Source of the DNA: an uncultured delta proteobacterium
Lineage (GTDB): Bacteria > Desulfobacterota > Syntrophia > Syntrophales > Smithellaceae
Direction: 5' to 3'
NCBI GenBank assembly: GCA_963753975.1
Contig: CAVWEH010000002.1
Location: forward strand, 608,001 to 672,000
Length of the DNA stretch: 64,000 nucleotides
Part shown: piece after piece, positions 1 to 8,928 of the stretch
Layout: every line of letters starts with the position of its first letter
How positions within the stretch are numbered: position 1 is the stretch's first letter
Program-made: the position numbers and the translations under genes
Notes under the pieces: model-generated
Told to the model about the DNA's origin: nothing
Database searches by the model: none
The model's input: the letters and a program-made list of their open reading frames with translations, nothing else

Positions 1-279
1 GATAGAATAGTCGGCTCCGTGCGCGCGTATGCCCAAGGCGATACCTGCTACATCAGCAGATTAGTAGTTCTTCCGGAATATCAGAACAGAGGCGTTGGCA
101 AAGCCTTGATGAATAAGGTAGAAAAGCAATTCAAAAATAATGTTAAGAGATACGAATTATTTACCGGCTCTCGGGATCAAAGAAACCTCTATCTTTATAA
201 TAAGCTGGGATATAAATCTTTTAAAACAGAAAAGCTCAATCCCCAAATAACTTTTGTCTTTATGGAAAAAAGCGCGTAA
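1..279 (+). CDS. GNAT-family N-acetyltransferase (5' partial)
   Basis: Frame open from base 1 (DRIVGSVRAY...). Acetyl-CoA motif RLVVLPEYQNRGVGKALM; NLYLYNKLGY. Confidence 0.85.
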   Translation, partial: DRIVGSVRAYAQGDTCYISRLVVLPEYQNRGVGKALMNKVEKQFKNNVKRYELFTGSRDQRNLYLYNKLGYKSFKTEKLNPQITFVFMEKSA

Positions 280-325
280 AATCATCGGCAACTGAAATGA
301 TCTTCTTTCATAAAGAAAGAAACCG

Positions 326-1915
326 ATGACCGCCGATTTATTTGTAATTATTTATGATTTAATCCTCTTTGCCGCCTTCGCTGTTGTCGGATGGATTGTC
401 ATTGTTACCTGGCGCTGGGGGCGGGCTCCCGGTTCCCGATCACTGATGATCATGATGATTGGAGAAGGATGGTGGACATTATGTTACGCTATCCATCTTT
501 CGAACTGCATTCGGCCGGAACCTTATTTCTGGTCGAAGCTCATGTTTCTGGGTGTGGTGATGGTGCCCGCGGGATTTCTGGTCTGGGCATCCCGTTATAC
601 AAAACGCGACGGCTGGGTGACTAACCGCTCTATAAGCCTGCTTCTCATCGAACCGATAATATTCAACATAATTATCTGGACCGATCCCTGGCATAGATTG
701 TTTTCCGGCAGCTATCCAACAACGGCTACTTTAGGAGTTGCATTCTGGGTACACAGCGCCTATTCTTATATATTGCTTACCATCGGCGGCGTAATGCTTT
801 TCCTCAACTGGCTGCAGGTAACTGACCCCTACCGGAAACAAGCTTTTCTGGTCTTGCTGGGGTTGCCGATCTCCTGGCTCGCTAATATAATCACTATTTT
901 CCAACTTACTTCCGTCAGGAATATTGATTTTTCACCATTGGGTTTTTTTGCCGCCGGTGCAATCTTTACCTATGCGCAACTACGTCACCGCCTGTTTGAC
1001 CTTCTCCCGGTAGCCCATCACACAGTTTTAGAAAACATGCGCGACGGCGTTATGGTGCTCGACACGGAAGATCGAATTATTCATCTGAACAAATCGGCAC
1101 AGGAAATTCTGGGTATAAATATCAATGAAGCGCTGGGCGAGGCGGCAGGTTCTGCCCTTCCCGCCTGGCAAAAAACGGAAGTCCAGTCAGCACTCAAAAA
1201 AGATGCGCATGCCGAATTTCTTCTTGAGGTCCCGGAAAAAAGAAATATAGATCTTTTGACGACAGCCCTTTACGACCGCAGAAATCAGCCCTATGGTAAA
1301 CTGGTCATTTTACGGGACATCACCAATATCAAGCATATCGAAAACGCCTTGAGAGAAACTAATGAAAATCTATCGCAGAAGCTTGCGGAAATTGAAGCTC
1401 TGCAGATAAAATTGAAGGAAGAGGCGATTCGCGATCCACTCACCGGTCTCTACAACAGAAGATTTTTGCAAGAAACCCTGAACCGCGAAATTGCGCACGC
1501 TAATCGCGCGGCCATACCGCTTAGTCTGGCTATGATTGATCTGGATCACTTTAAAAAAATCAATGACACCTATGGACACGCAATCGGCGACCTCTTTCTT
1601 ATTACCCTGGGAAATTTGCTCGCCCAGAAAACCCGCAGCAGCGACGTTTCCTGCCGTTACGGAGGCGAGGAATTCGTTATCGTAATGCCCGCCGCCACAC
1701 TTGCGGAAGCCGCACAGCGCATTGAACAATTACGGGTGGAATTCAGCGCAATTAAAATAGATGTCGGCAACGGGAAAATATGCATCACCTTATCGGCCGG
1801 AGTAGCAGGCTATCCTATGCACGGTGATAACGACAAAAGCCTGCTCGACGCCGTCGACCACGCTCTTTACGCGGCTAAAGCCGCGGGACGTAATCGCGTG
1901 GTAGTTGCTCAGTAA
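326..1915 (+). CDS. Diguanylate cyclase with N-terminal 7TM (HisKA_7TM-like), PAS and GGDEF domains
   Basis: Seven hydrophobic segments, PAS (DGVMVLD...N), DPLTGLYNRR, DLDHFKKIND, RYGGEEF. Confidence 0.92.
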   Translation: MTADLFVIIYDLILFAAFAVVGWIVIVTWRWGRAPGSRSLMIMMIGEGWWTLCYAIHLSNCIRPEPYFWSKLMFLGVVMVPAGFLVWASRYTKRDGWVTNRSISLLLIEPIIFNIIIWTDPWHRLFSGSYPTTATLGVAFWVHSAYSYILLTIGGVMLFLNWLQVTDPYRKQAFLVLLGLPISWLANIITIFQLTSVRNIDFSPLGFFAAGAIFTYAQLRHRLFDLLPVAHHTVLENMRDGVMVLDTEDRIIHLNKSAQEILGININEALGEAAGSALPAWQKTEVQSALKKDAHAEFLLEVPEKRNIDLLTTALYDRRNQPYGKLVILRDITNIKHIENALRETNENLSQKLAEIEALQIKLKEEAIRDPLTGLYNRRFLQETLNREIAHANRAAIPLSLAMIDLDHFKKINDTYGHAIGDLFLITLGNLLAQKTRSSDVSCRYGGEEFVIVMPAATLAEAAQRIEQLRVEFSAIKIDVGNGKICITLSAGVAGYPMHGDNDKSLLDAVDHALYAAKAAGRNRVVVAQ

Positions 1916-1999
1916 ATTGATAAGAAGCCCACTGAATGGAAAAAAGCGTTCAATAATGCCGGGGGTCGTTATTAATTTTCGTCAGGAATCAAAACTTAT

Positions 2000-2215
2000 T
2001 TATGTGTCCCCCTTCGGGCCGAACCAGGGCCTGGTGTTATCCAAAAGATAATCGTCGTCGTTATCGATCATGCATTCCGGACAGAGGTGAACCAGCATGT
2101 TACTTTTAATATGCCGGACAATCAGCAGCCTCGGCCCATTTTGATTGCAGCAAAAGCATCTGTCTGCAACATCCTTTTTATGAAAACGATAGCTTTCTTC
2201 ATCGTAGTATTTCAT
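2000..2215 (-). CDS. Small zinc-ribbon-like protein (two CxxC)
   Basis: 71 aa with CFCC and CPEC; follows the upstream kinase on the same strand. Confidence 0.6.
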   Translation of the reverse strand: MKYYDEESYRFHKKDVADRCFCCNQNGPRLLIVRHIKSNMLVHLCPECMIDNDDDYLLDNTRPWFGPKGDT

Positions 2216-2274
2216 AGAGGTTCTCTTTTTGACTTATTGCGAGTGTACCTGAAAGGCATGATTCTTCAAATGGA

Positions 2275-3412
2275 TCAGCAAGCTTGAAGAGGATTTTTTT
2301 TGGACGTATTTATACTGGCGGGAAACGTCAGTACAAACGTCGTCCCTTCTCCTTCTCTTGACGAAGCTTCTATTCCGCCATTGTGTGATTCCATGATTTT
2401 TTTGCAGAAAGTCAAGCCCGAGGCCGGAGCCTCTGATTTTTTCGTCTTTTCCCTTGCAGCGGAAAAAAGGCTCGAAAATCAACGAGAGCTGATCATGGGG
2501 AATGCCAATTCCCGTATCCGATACGTTGACGGTGGTGTAATATTCGTCGCTTTTAACGGTGACGGTTATTTTGCCGCCGGCCGGAGTATATTTTGTCGCG
2601 TTACCGATAATATTCGTAAATACCCTGACCAGGCTTTCCCCATCTCCTGTTATCTCCGGTAATTTTTTGGGGATATTTGTTTCCAGAGAAATGCCCTTCT
2701 TCCGACAGAGGGGGGTCATCTCTTCCACGCTTCGGGCGATAATGGAAGCCAGGCGCAGAGAGACTTTTTGTTGGGCCAGGGTTCCATTCTCTATGCGGCT
2801 GATGTCCAGCCAGTGTTCAACCATTTCCTCAAGACTCTGGATTCGCTTTCTGCATCGTTCAATGATTTCTTTGACATCTTTATCGAAACTCTTTCCCGCT
2901 ATTTCGTTCAGCGCCTCAATGTATTGCCGGATAACGACAAGCGGCGAACGCATTTCGTGGCTGACGAAGGTGATGAAGTTCTTTTGCATCTGATCTTTTT
3001 CTTCTTTTAGTTTTCTTGCTTCTATTCTAAGAGTGCGATGATCCAATCCCCTTTTAACGAGAACTCTTAACTGGTCGGGATTGAATGGTTTGGGAAGGTA
3101 ATCATGAGCTCCTTTTTGCATTGCTTCCACGGCGGAAACAATAGAGGCATAACCGGTAATCATGATAAGAATTATGTCCGGAATATCCTGGGAAAGAATT
3201 TCCATAATCTCCATTCCCGACATATTAGGCATTTTGAGATCAACCAAAGCCAGTGCCGGCTCATGCTGCCTGGCTAGATTAATGCCTTCGATACCCAGTT
3301 CGGCTGTAAGAACGGAATAGCCGCACTTTTCCAGCACCTGCCTGCATCCATCCCGCAGGGCCTCCTCATCATCAATAATGAGAATCAGAGGTTTTCGAGA
3401 TTGATCGGTCAT
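2275..3412 (-). CDS. Hybrid REC-histidine kinase (apparent +1 frameshift near 2417)
   Basis: REC (IIDDE...DLKMP), H-box SHEMRSPL, N/G boxes. Removing one base after GSGLG restores LTFCKKIMESHNGGIEASSREGEGTTFVLTFP...AC-stop at 2275. Confidence 0.85.
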
Positions 3413-3414
3413 CT

Positions 3415-3807
3415 CTATTTGCCGCTCAGTTCCTGAGCAACGAACCGGAGAAGATCATCCGCCTTTATAGGTTTATGCAATACTTTGTTGACTTTCGGAA
3501 ATTCCGGGGGAGGTTCAAAGGAATTATAAGGACCTTGAAGATCGACAGCGCTCAGCATGAAAAGGGGTGTATCTTTTCCGGTATCGGTGGCGCGGATTTT
3601 GTTCAGTACGGAAAAGCCCTCGCCCCAGGTTTCCATCATCATATCGATGACGGCCAGGTCCGGAGATATGGATTTCCACATCTCCACGCCGGCTTTTCCG
3701 TCTTCCGCCATAAATACCTCGTATCCGCCCTTTTCCAAAATAAGCTTGGTGGCAAATAAAAAGTCTTTGTCATCGTCTATTAGGAGTATTTTCTTTTTAA
3801 TCGTCAT
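3415..3807 (-). CDS. Stand-alone response regulator (REC only)
   Basis: LLIDDD, DMMM, LSA, KP motifs; GGAGGTG SD before the ATG at 3807. Confidence 0.88.
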   Translation of the reverse strand: MTIKKKILLIDDDKDFLFATKLILEKGGYEVFMAEDGKAGVEMWKSISPDLAVIDMMMETWGEGFSVLNKIRATDTGKDTPLFMLSAVDLQGPYNSFEPPPEFPKVNKVLHKPIKADDLLRFVAQELSGK

Positions 3808-3844
3808 GATGAAACACCTCCATAATACTTTTGTGCTATATAAG

Positions 3845-3860
3845 AGCAAGGATAATGCCA
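3845..3860 (-). promoter_or_regulatory. Sigma54 -24/-12 promoter of the REC / hybrid-kinase operon
   Basis: Minus strand TGGCATTATCCTTGCT = TGGC-N7-TTGC. Confidence 0.8.
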
Positions 3861-3865
3861 GATTG

Positions 3866-3878
3866 TAACATATTGATT
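3866..3878 (-). promoter_or_regulatory. IHF site
   Basis: Minus strand AATCAATATGTTA matches WATCAANNNNTTR, between the promoter and the UAS. Confidence 0.6.
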
Positions 3879-3900
3879 TATTTATGAATATTAAAAAAGC

Positions 3901-3938
3901 TGGGGCGCTAAATTCATTTTGAGGGGTAAAATACCCCT
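3901..3938. promoter_or_regulatory. Putative enhancer (UAS) for the sigma54 activator
   Basis: Palindrome AGGGGTAAAATACCCCT (3922-3938) plus a degenerate GGGG half-site 21 bp away; same motif at 5481-5519. Confidence 0.6.
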
Positions 3939-3941
3939 AGG

Positions 3942-5306
3942 TCACGACTCTGTCTTTATCCCGTAGTTGCGCAATTTGATCCTCAATGTCTTTCTGTCAA
4001 TGCCGAGGAATTTTGCCGTTTTATTGATTTGAAAACTAAAGTGGCTGAGAGCTTTTTCGATGTGTTCTTTTTCGACATCGACCAAAGTCACCCTTCCCGA
4101 TGAAGAATCCACTACCGGCGCCTTCGCGCCTTCGCCCTGGCCATAGTAAAAGATATCGGATAAATTTACCGTTTCATGGTCACTCAGAACGCACAGACGT
4201 TCAATCGTGTTTCTCAGTTCCCTGACGTTTCCGGGCCATTTGTAGGACAGCAGCGATTTTTTTGCTTCTTCGGACAGACAGCGCACCTTGCTTTTATATC
4301 TCTTTGTGTACAAGTCGAGATAATGTTCGGCGATAGGAAGGATATCGGCCTTGTGCTCCTTCAATGGTTTGATATCCAAAGGCACGACGGAAAGCCGGTA
4401 AAACAGGTCCTCCCGGAATTTTCCCGCCTCTATTTCCAGCCGGATATCCTTGTTGGTCGCGGCAATAAGCCTGACATCCACCTTCTCGGACGATGATTTG
4501 CCGACCCGCGGCACTTCCTGCTCCTGAATTACCCGCAATAATTTTGCTTGAATATTGAGGCTGATGTTGGAAATTTCGTCGAGGAATAAGGTTCCTTTAT
4601 CCGCCATCTGGAAACGGCCGTCACGTGATTCCGTTGCACCGCTGAAGGCCCCTTTGACGTGGCCGAACAATTCGCTTTCCATCAGGCTCTCGGCGAGCGA
4701 AGAACAATCCACCGGGATGAATGGCCTTGCGGCCCGTTTGCTTAATTGATGAATGGTACGTGCGACAAGCTCTTTCCCCGTGCCGCTGCCTCCCGAGATA
4801 AGAACGGTACTGTCGGCCTGCGCGATTCTCTTGATCGAATCTTTAAGCTCTTTCATGCAGTCGCTGGATCCGATCAACATGGGAATATCTTTTTCATCTT
4901 TATCCAGCTCAATCGATTTAAGAGCATTGCCCACCGCGTCCCTGAGTTGACCCGCGGAGTACGGTTTCGTGAGAAAATTGAAAGCACCCTGACGCATGGC
5001 CTCGACAGCCAGCGGTATGGTTCCGTATCCGGTGATAATGATAACCTTCGCCGAAATGTTATTTTCTTCTTTGAGTTTTTTCAGGATATCCAGTCCGCTC
5101 ATTTTCGGCATTCTGATATCCAGCAGAATCAAGTCATAGTCATCCTTTAGCGCCATCTCCAGGCCACAAACAGCCTCTCCCGAACTTTCAACATGATATC
5201 CTTTTCGCGTGAGAATTTGATAACATCCGTCCCGGATGGATTCCTCATCATCAATAATAAGAATTTTCCTGCTCGTTTTCGCCAATTTCTCCACGAGTCC
5301 TCTCAA
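3942..5306 (-). CDS. NtrC-family sigma54-dependent response regulator (REC-AAA+-HTH)
   Basis: REC, Walker A GGSGTGKE, ESELFGHVKGAFSGA, LFLDEI, FREDLFYRL, WPGNVREL, Fis-type HTH. Real start may be a few codons downstream. Confidence 0.95.
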   Translation of the reverse strand: MRGLVEKLAKTSRKILIIDDEESIRDGCYQILTRKGYHVESSGEAVCGLEMALKDDYDLILLDIRMPKMSGLDILKKLKEENNISAKVIIITGYGTIPLAVEAMRQGAFNFLTKPYSAGQLRDAVGNALKSIELDKDEKDIPMLIGSSDCMKELKDSIKRIAQADSTVLISGGSGTGKELVARTIHQLSKRAARPFIPVDCSSLAESLMESELFGHVKGAFSGATESRDGRFQMADKGTLFLDEISNISLNIQAKLLRVIQEQEVPRVGKSSSEKVDVRLIAATNKDIRLEIEAGKFREDLFYRLSVVPLDIKPLKEHKADILPIAEHYLDLYTKRYKSKVRCLSEEAKKSLLSYKWPGNVRELRNTIERLCVLSDHETVNLSDIFYYGQGEGAKAPVVDSSSGRVTLVDVEKEHIEKALSHFSFQINKTAKFLGIDRKTLRIKLRNYGIKTES

Positions 5307-5480
5307 ATGAGACTATCCGGAATTCTGTTCAAATAACTGCAATCAGACTGTATTCAGGTCGCCACGTAACGACGAATTGTGAGATTGTTATGCTATTTTA
5401 TATGATTGTGCAAGTGAAAGGTTGGCTCCGCCGGAGATGCTGCTAACTGTTTGTGTTACACCTGGATCAAAAAATCACTA

Positions 5481-5519
5481 AGGGGTAATACGACCCTAAA
5501 AAGGGGTGATATTACCCCT
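5481..5519. promoter_or_regulatory. Tandem UAS palindromes upstream of hydrogenase operon 1
   Basis: AGGGGTAATACGACCCTA and AGGGGTGATATTACCCCT, 21 bp apart. Confidence 0.7.
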
Positions 5520-5583
5520 CAGAGCGGCATATATGCTCTACTTAATAGCTCACACATTATGGAAATTTAAGAATAAAATCATA

Positions 5584-5599
5584 TGGCATCAGTATTGCT
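5584..5599 (+). promoter_or_regulatory. Sigma54 -24/-12 promoter of hydrogenase operon 1
   Basis: TGGCATCAGTATTGCT = TGGC-N7-TTGC, about 75 nt before the first ATG. Confidence 0.82.
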
Positions 5600-5675
5600 A
5601 TATATGTGATCCGATATGGTGAGTAGTTAGCCTGAAGCGCTCTATACGTGCCGGAAAAAATGAGGAGGAAACAAG

Positions 5676-7475
5676 ATGTGGGATACCATTAACGTCGGAG
5701 AAACATGTGTGGAACCTGCTATTAAGCAGTTTCTGCCGCCTTGCCAGAAACAATGTCCTGTCAATGAAGATATCCAGCGTACAAACGTACTTATCTCCCT
5801 ACTGCCGGAAGATCCGGCGCAGGCCAAAGATGGATTGATCCAGATCGGGGATTATCTTTTCGAAAATAACCCCCTTTTCCCGATTTGCGGCTACGTATGC
5901 GGCATCTGTGAGATGGGCTGCAATTATCAGAGTAAGGGAGGTGCCATCAGACGCCGGCTACTGAAACGGTTTGTATCCGACTTTTACCTCAATCACTTGG
6001 ATAAGAAAAAAGAATACGATGTCGTCAAGGACAAGGGAAACGTGGCAGTGATCGGCGGCGGTCCGGGCGGTTTGATGTGTGCCTTTCACCTAAGCAAAAA
6101 GGGCTATAGAGTTACCATCTTCGAGGCAACAAATAGATTGGGAGGGGCTCTTTGGCTTATCCCCCACTATCGTTTACCCAAGCTTGTTCTCCAGAGGGTC
6201 ATTGAAAACATTCTGAGAATTGCTGCTATCGAAGTAAAATACAATTCCAGGATCGGCGAAGGGAATCTGACTCTCGAAAAACTCAGGAAGGACGGATACA
6301 AAGCAGTGTTTATTGCCAAAGGCACACCCGCACCAAGGGTGCTTACATTTGGCCTGGAATTTGTGGAAAATCAGGATCTGGAAGGCATCGTGTACGGGCA
6401 GACATTCCTATACGAGATCAGCCGCGGAATCCTGATGAGAGATTACCTTGGTGGTAAAAAGGTTATTGTCATAGGCGGCGGCAACGTTGCCTTCGACGTG
6501 GCGCGATCAGCCAAGAGATTGGGAGGTGATATCACCGTAGTTGCCCTCGAAAGTGAGGACAAGACATCGAAGGACGGCATTCCTGCCGATCATGAGGAGA
6601 TCAGGGGCGCATGGGAAGAGGGTATCAGAATCATTTATTCCCGTGGGGTAAACAAAATACTGGGTAAAAAAGGACAGTTTGCTGGTATCGTATCTCCTAA
6701 GTGCACCCATGTCTTCGACGAAAAGGGCAGATTCAATCCCGCTTTCGACCTCAATGATGCGATCACCATAAATGGCGATATACTTATCATCACTGTGGGG
6801 CAGATTGCAGACAAGGATTTTCTGGAAAAAGAAGGCTTTCTTGATGAATACGGCCGGCTGGTTGTCGATTCCCTTACCCTCCAAAGTAATATCAAAGATT
6901 GGGTCTTTATCGGCGGCGATGTCCGAAAAGTTGGCTTCATGGTGAATGCCATGAGGGAGGGACAGGAAGCGGCGGAGTCTATCGAGCGTTATCTCAAGGG
7001 TCTGGACATCAAGGCAGGCAGGAAAAGGGAATACGAAGGATTCGATATTCCCCAGTTGAAAGATGCCGATTACAAACATGAACCCGATGTCGTGTGGCTT
7101 CCGCCGGACAAACGGATACACTTTCAGATGTACGAAAAAGGGTTTAGCCTCAAAGAGGCCATCGATGAGGCCAAGCGCTGCCTCTGCTGCGGCCCGTGTG
7201 TTTCCTGCAGGGCGTGCGTATCAATAGGCATTCAGGATGAACTGCCCTCTGTCGTCGTTCACGAGGACCTTTGCAGCGGCTGCGGTATCTGTGTTTCCTC
7301 CTGCCACTACGGCGCGGCCCAGCTCAAAGCAGTAAACGGCCACCTGGTATCCTCAACGGACATGTTCAAATGTAAGGCTTGCGGTATGTGCGTATCTGCT
7401 TGCCCGGCCGGAGCCAGGGAGTTGACCGGGTCCGACATGGAAAAGCGCATCTTGGAAATCTATGCTTCGCTTTAA
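5676..7475 (+). CDS. GltD/NfnB-like FAD-Fe/S oxidoreductase with C-terminal HdrA-type 2x[4Fe-4S] domain
   Basis: PPCQKQCP, CGYVCGICEMGC, FAD motif GGGPGG, second Rossmann motif GGGNVAFD, RCLCCGPCVSCRAC, and two CxxCxxCxxxC at the C-terminus. Confidence 0.85.
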   Translation: MWDTINVGETCVEPAIKQFLPPCQKQCPVNEDIQRTNVLISLLPEDPAQAKDGLIQIGDYLFENNPLFPICGYVCGICEMGCNYQSKGGAIRRRLLKRFVSDFYLNHLDKKKEYDVVKDKGNVAVIGGGPGGLMCAFHLSKKGYRVTIFEATNRLGGALWLIPHYRLPKLVLQRVIENILRIAAIEVKYNSRIGEGNLTLEKLRKDGYKAVFIAKGTPAPRVLTFGLEFVENQDLEGIVYGQTFLYEISRGILMRDYLGGKKVIVIGGGNVAFDVARSAKRLGGDITVVALESEDKTSKDGIPADHEEIRGAWEEGIRIIYSRGVNKILGKKGQFAGIVSPKCTHVFDEKGRFNPAFDLNDAITINGDILIITVGQIADKDFLEKEGFLDEYGRLVVDSLTLQSNIKDWVFIGGDVRKVGFMVNAMREGQEAAESIERYLKGLDIKAGRKREYEGFDIPQLKDADYKHEPDVVWLPPDKRIHFQMYEKGFSLKEAIDEAKRCLCCGPCVSCRACVSIGIQDELPSVVVHEDLCSGCGICVSSCHYGAAQLKAVNGHLVSSTDMFKCKACGMCVSACPAGARELTGSDMEKRILEIYASL

Positions 7476-7504
7476 TGCGATATACTTTGCATAAGGAGGA
7501 CAAT

Positions 7505-7900
7505 ATGACGGAGTTCACCCCCAAACTGGTATGCTTCTCCTGTAAGTTCGGGTGGGGTTATCTGAACACCAACGGCTATGAGAAACAGTTGAAAAACCTT
7601 ATTCCGGTTACCTGCAGCGGCAAGGTGGATACCACCCATATCATCGATGCCTTCAAGGAAGGGGCAGACGGAGTGCTTGTTCTCGGCTGTCCCGACAGGG
7701 AATGCCATTTCCAGACCGGCAATTACCAGGCAAGGAAGAGGATTCTGCTGTTGCGTAAAGTCCTTAAGGAATTCGGCATCGATCCCGGACGTCTGAAGAT
7801 TGCATTAAGTATAGACCCTGAAGGAACCCAGATCCCTGTCGTCATTGAAGCAATGAAAAAGGAGATTAAGAGTCTGGGGCCGTTAAGGTCTGCGGTGTAA
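7505..7900 (+). CDS. mvhD: Methyl-viologen-reducing hydrogenase delta subunit ([2Fe-2S])
   Basis: AGGAGG SD before ATG 7505; CFSC...CSGKVD...GADGVLVLGC...CHF...GIDPGRL. Confidence 0.88.
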   Translation: MTEFTPKLVCFSCKFGWGYLNTNGYEKQLKNLIPVTCSGKVDTTHIIDAFKEGADGVLVLGCPDRECHFQTGNYQARKRILLLRKVLKEFGIDPGRLKIALSIDPEGTQIPVVIEAMKKEIKSLGPLRSAV

Positions 7901-7954
7901 AATCGAAAGACAAAAACCGTAACAAAAAGTCTCAAAGTTAGATCGGAGAATATT

Positions 7955-8926
7955 ATGGCAGAAAAACCCAAAGTGGCAATTTACTGGCTGACGGCCTGCG
8001 GCGGCTGCGACGAAGCAATTGTGGATCTGAACGAAGCGATACTCCTGGTTGCCGACGCGATTGATATCGTACTCTGGCCGGTCGCTATGGACTTCAAGTA
8101 TGAAAGCATCCGGAAGATGAAAAAGGGCGAGATAGCGCTGGCCATCCTGCATGGGGCTGTACGAAATTCAGAACAGGAAGAAATGGCTAAATTGCTGAGA
8201 GAAAAATCGCAGCTCGTGCTCGCTTTCGGCGCCTGTGCCTGCTTTGGAGGCACCCCGGGACTGGCGAATTTCCGGTCAAAAGAAGACATTTTCAACTGGG
8301 TCTATCGGGATGCGCCGACAGTGGTAAACCCGAAAAATAACCGGCCGCAGACCGTATTCTCAGTCAACGGGAACAAGCTGACCTTGCCGGAATTCTTTGA
8401 CCGGGTTCATCCGCTACGCGATATCATCGATGTGGACTATTACCTGCCGGGATGCCCGCCGCCGCCGGATCTTATTGCCAATGCAGTGTTTGCCGTCCTG
8501 GAAGGCAAGTTGCCCTCCAGGGGTGCCACGCTGGCACCGAGCAAGCCTCTATGCGACACCTGCTCCCGGAATCAATCCAAACCGCAAAAGATAGAAATCT
8601 CGGAATTTAAAAGGATACACGAAGTGGAAGCAAAGGATGATCTGTGTTTCCTGGCGCAGGGAATTATCTGCCTGGGACCGGCGATCCGTTCCGGCTGCGG
8701 CGAAACATGCATCAGGACGAATGTTCCCTGCCGGGGCTGCTTCGGTCCGGTTGATGGTGTGGACGATGCCGGCGCAAAATTTATCTCCGGGCTTGCTTCG
8801 CTCATCAGTGCGGAAACTGAAGAAGATGCGCAGAAAACCATCGACGGAATTGCTGATCTGGCCGGTTACTGCTACCGTTTCAGTCTCCCTTCCGCATCGC
8901 TGAAACATAAAAATAAGGAGAAGTAA
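7955..8926 (+). CDS. mvhG: [NiFe]-hydrogenase group 3c small subunit
   Basis: CGGCD, GACA, PGCPP, CDTC, CFLAQGIICLGP...C...CRGCFGP. Confidence 0.9.
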   Translation: MAEKPKVAIYWLTACGGCDEAIVDLNEAILLVADAIDIVLWPVAMDFKYESIRKMKKGEIALAILHGAVRNSEQEEMAKLLREKSQLVLAFGACACFGGTPGLANFRSKEDIFNWVYRDAPTVVNPKNNRPQTVFSVNGNKLTLPEFFDRVHPLRDIIDVDYYLPGCPPPPDLIANAVFAVLEGKLPSRGATLAPSKPLCDTCSRNQSKPQKIEISEFKRIHEVEAKDDLCFLAQGIICLGPAIRSGCGETCIRTNVPCRGCFGPVDGVDDAGAKFISGLASLISAETEEDAQKTIDGIADLAGYCYRFSLPSASLKHKNKEK

Positions 8927-8928
8927 AC

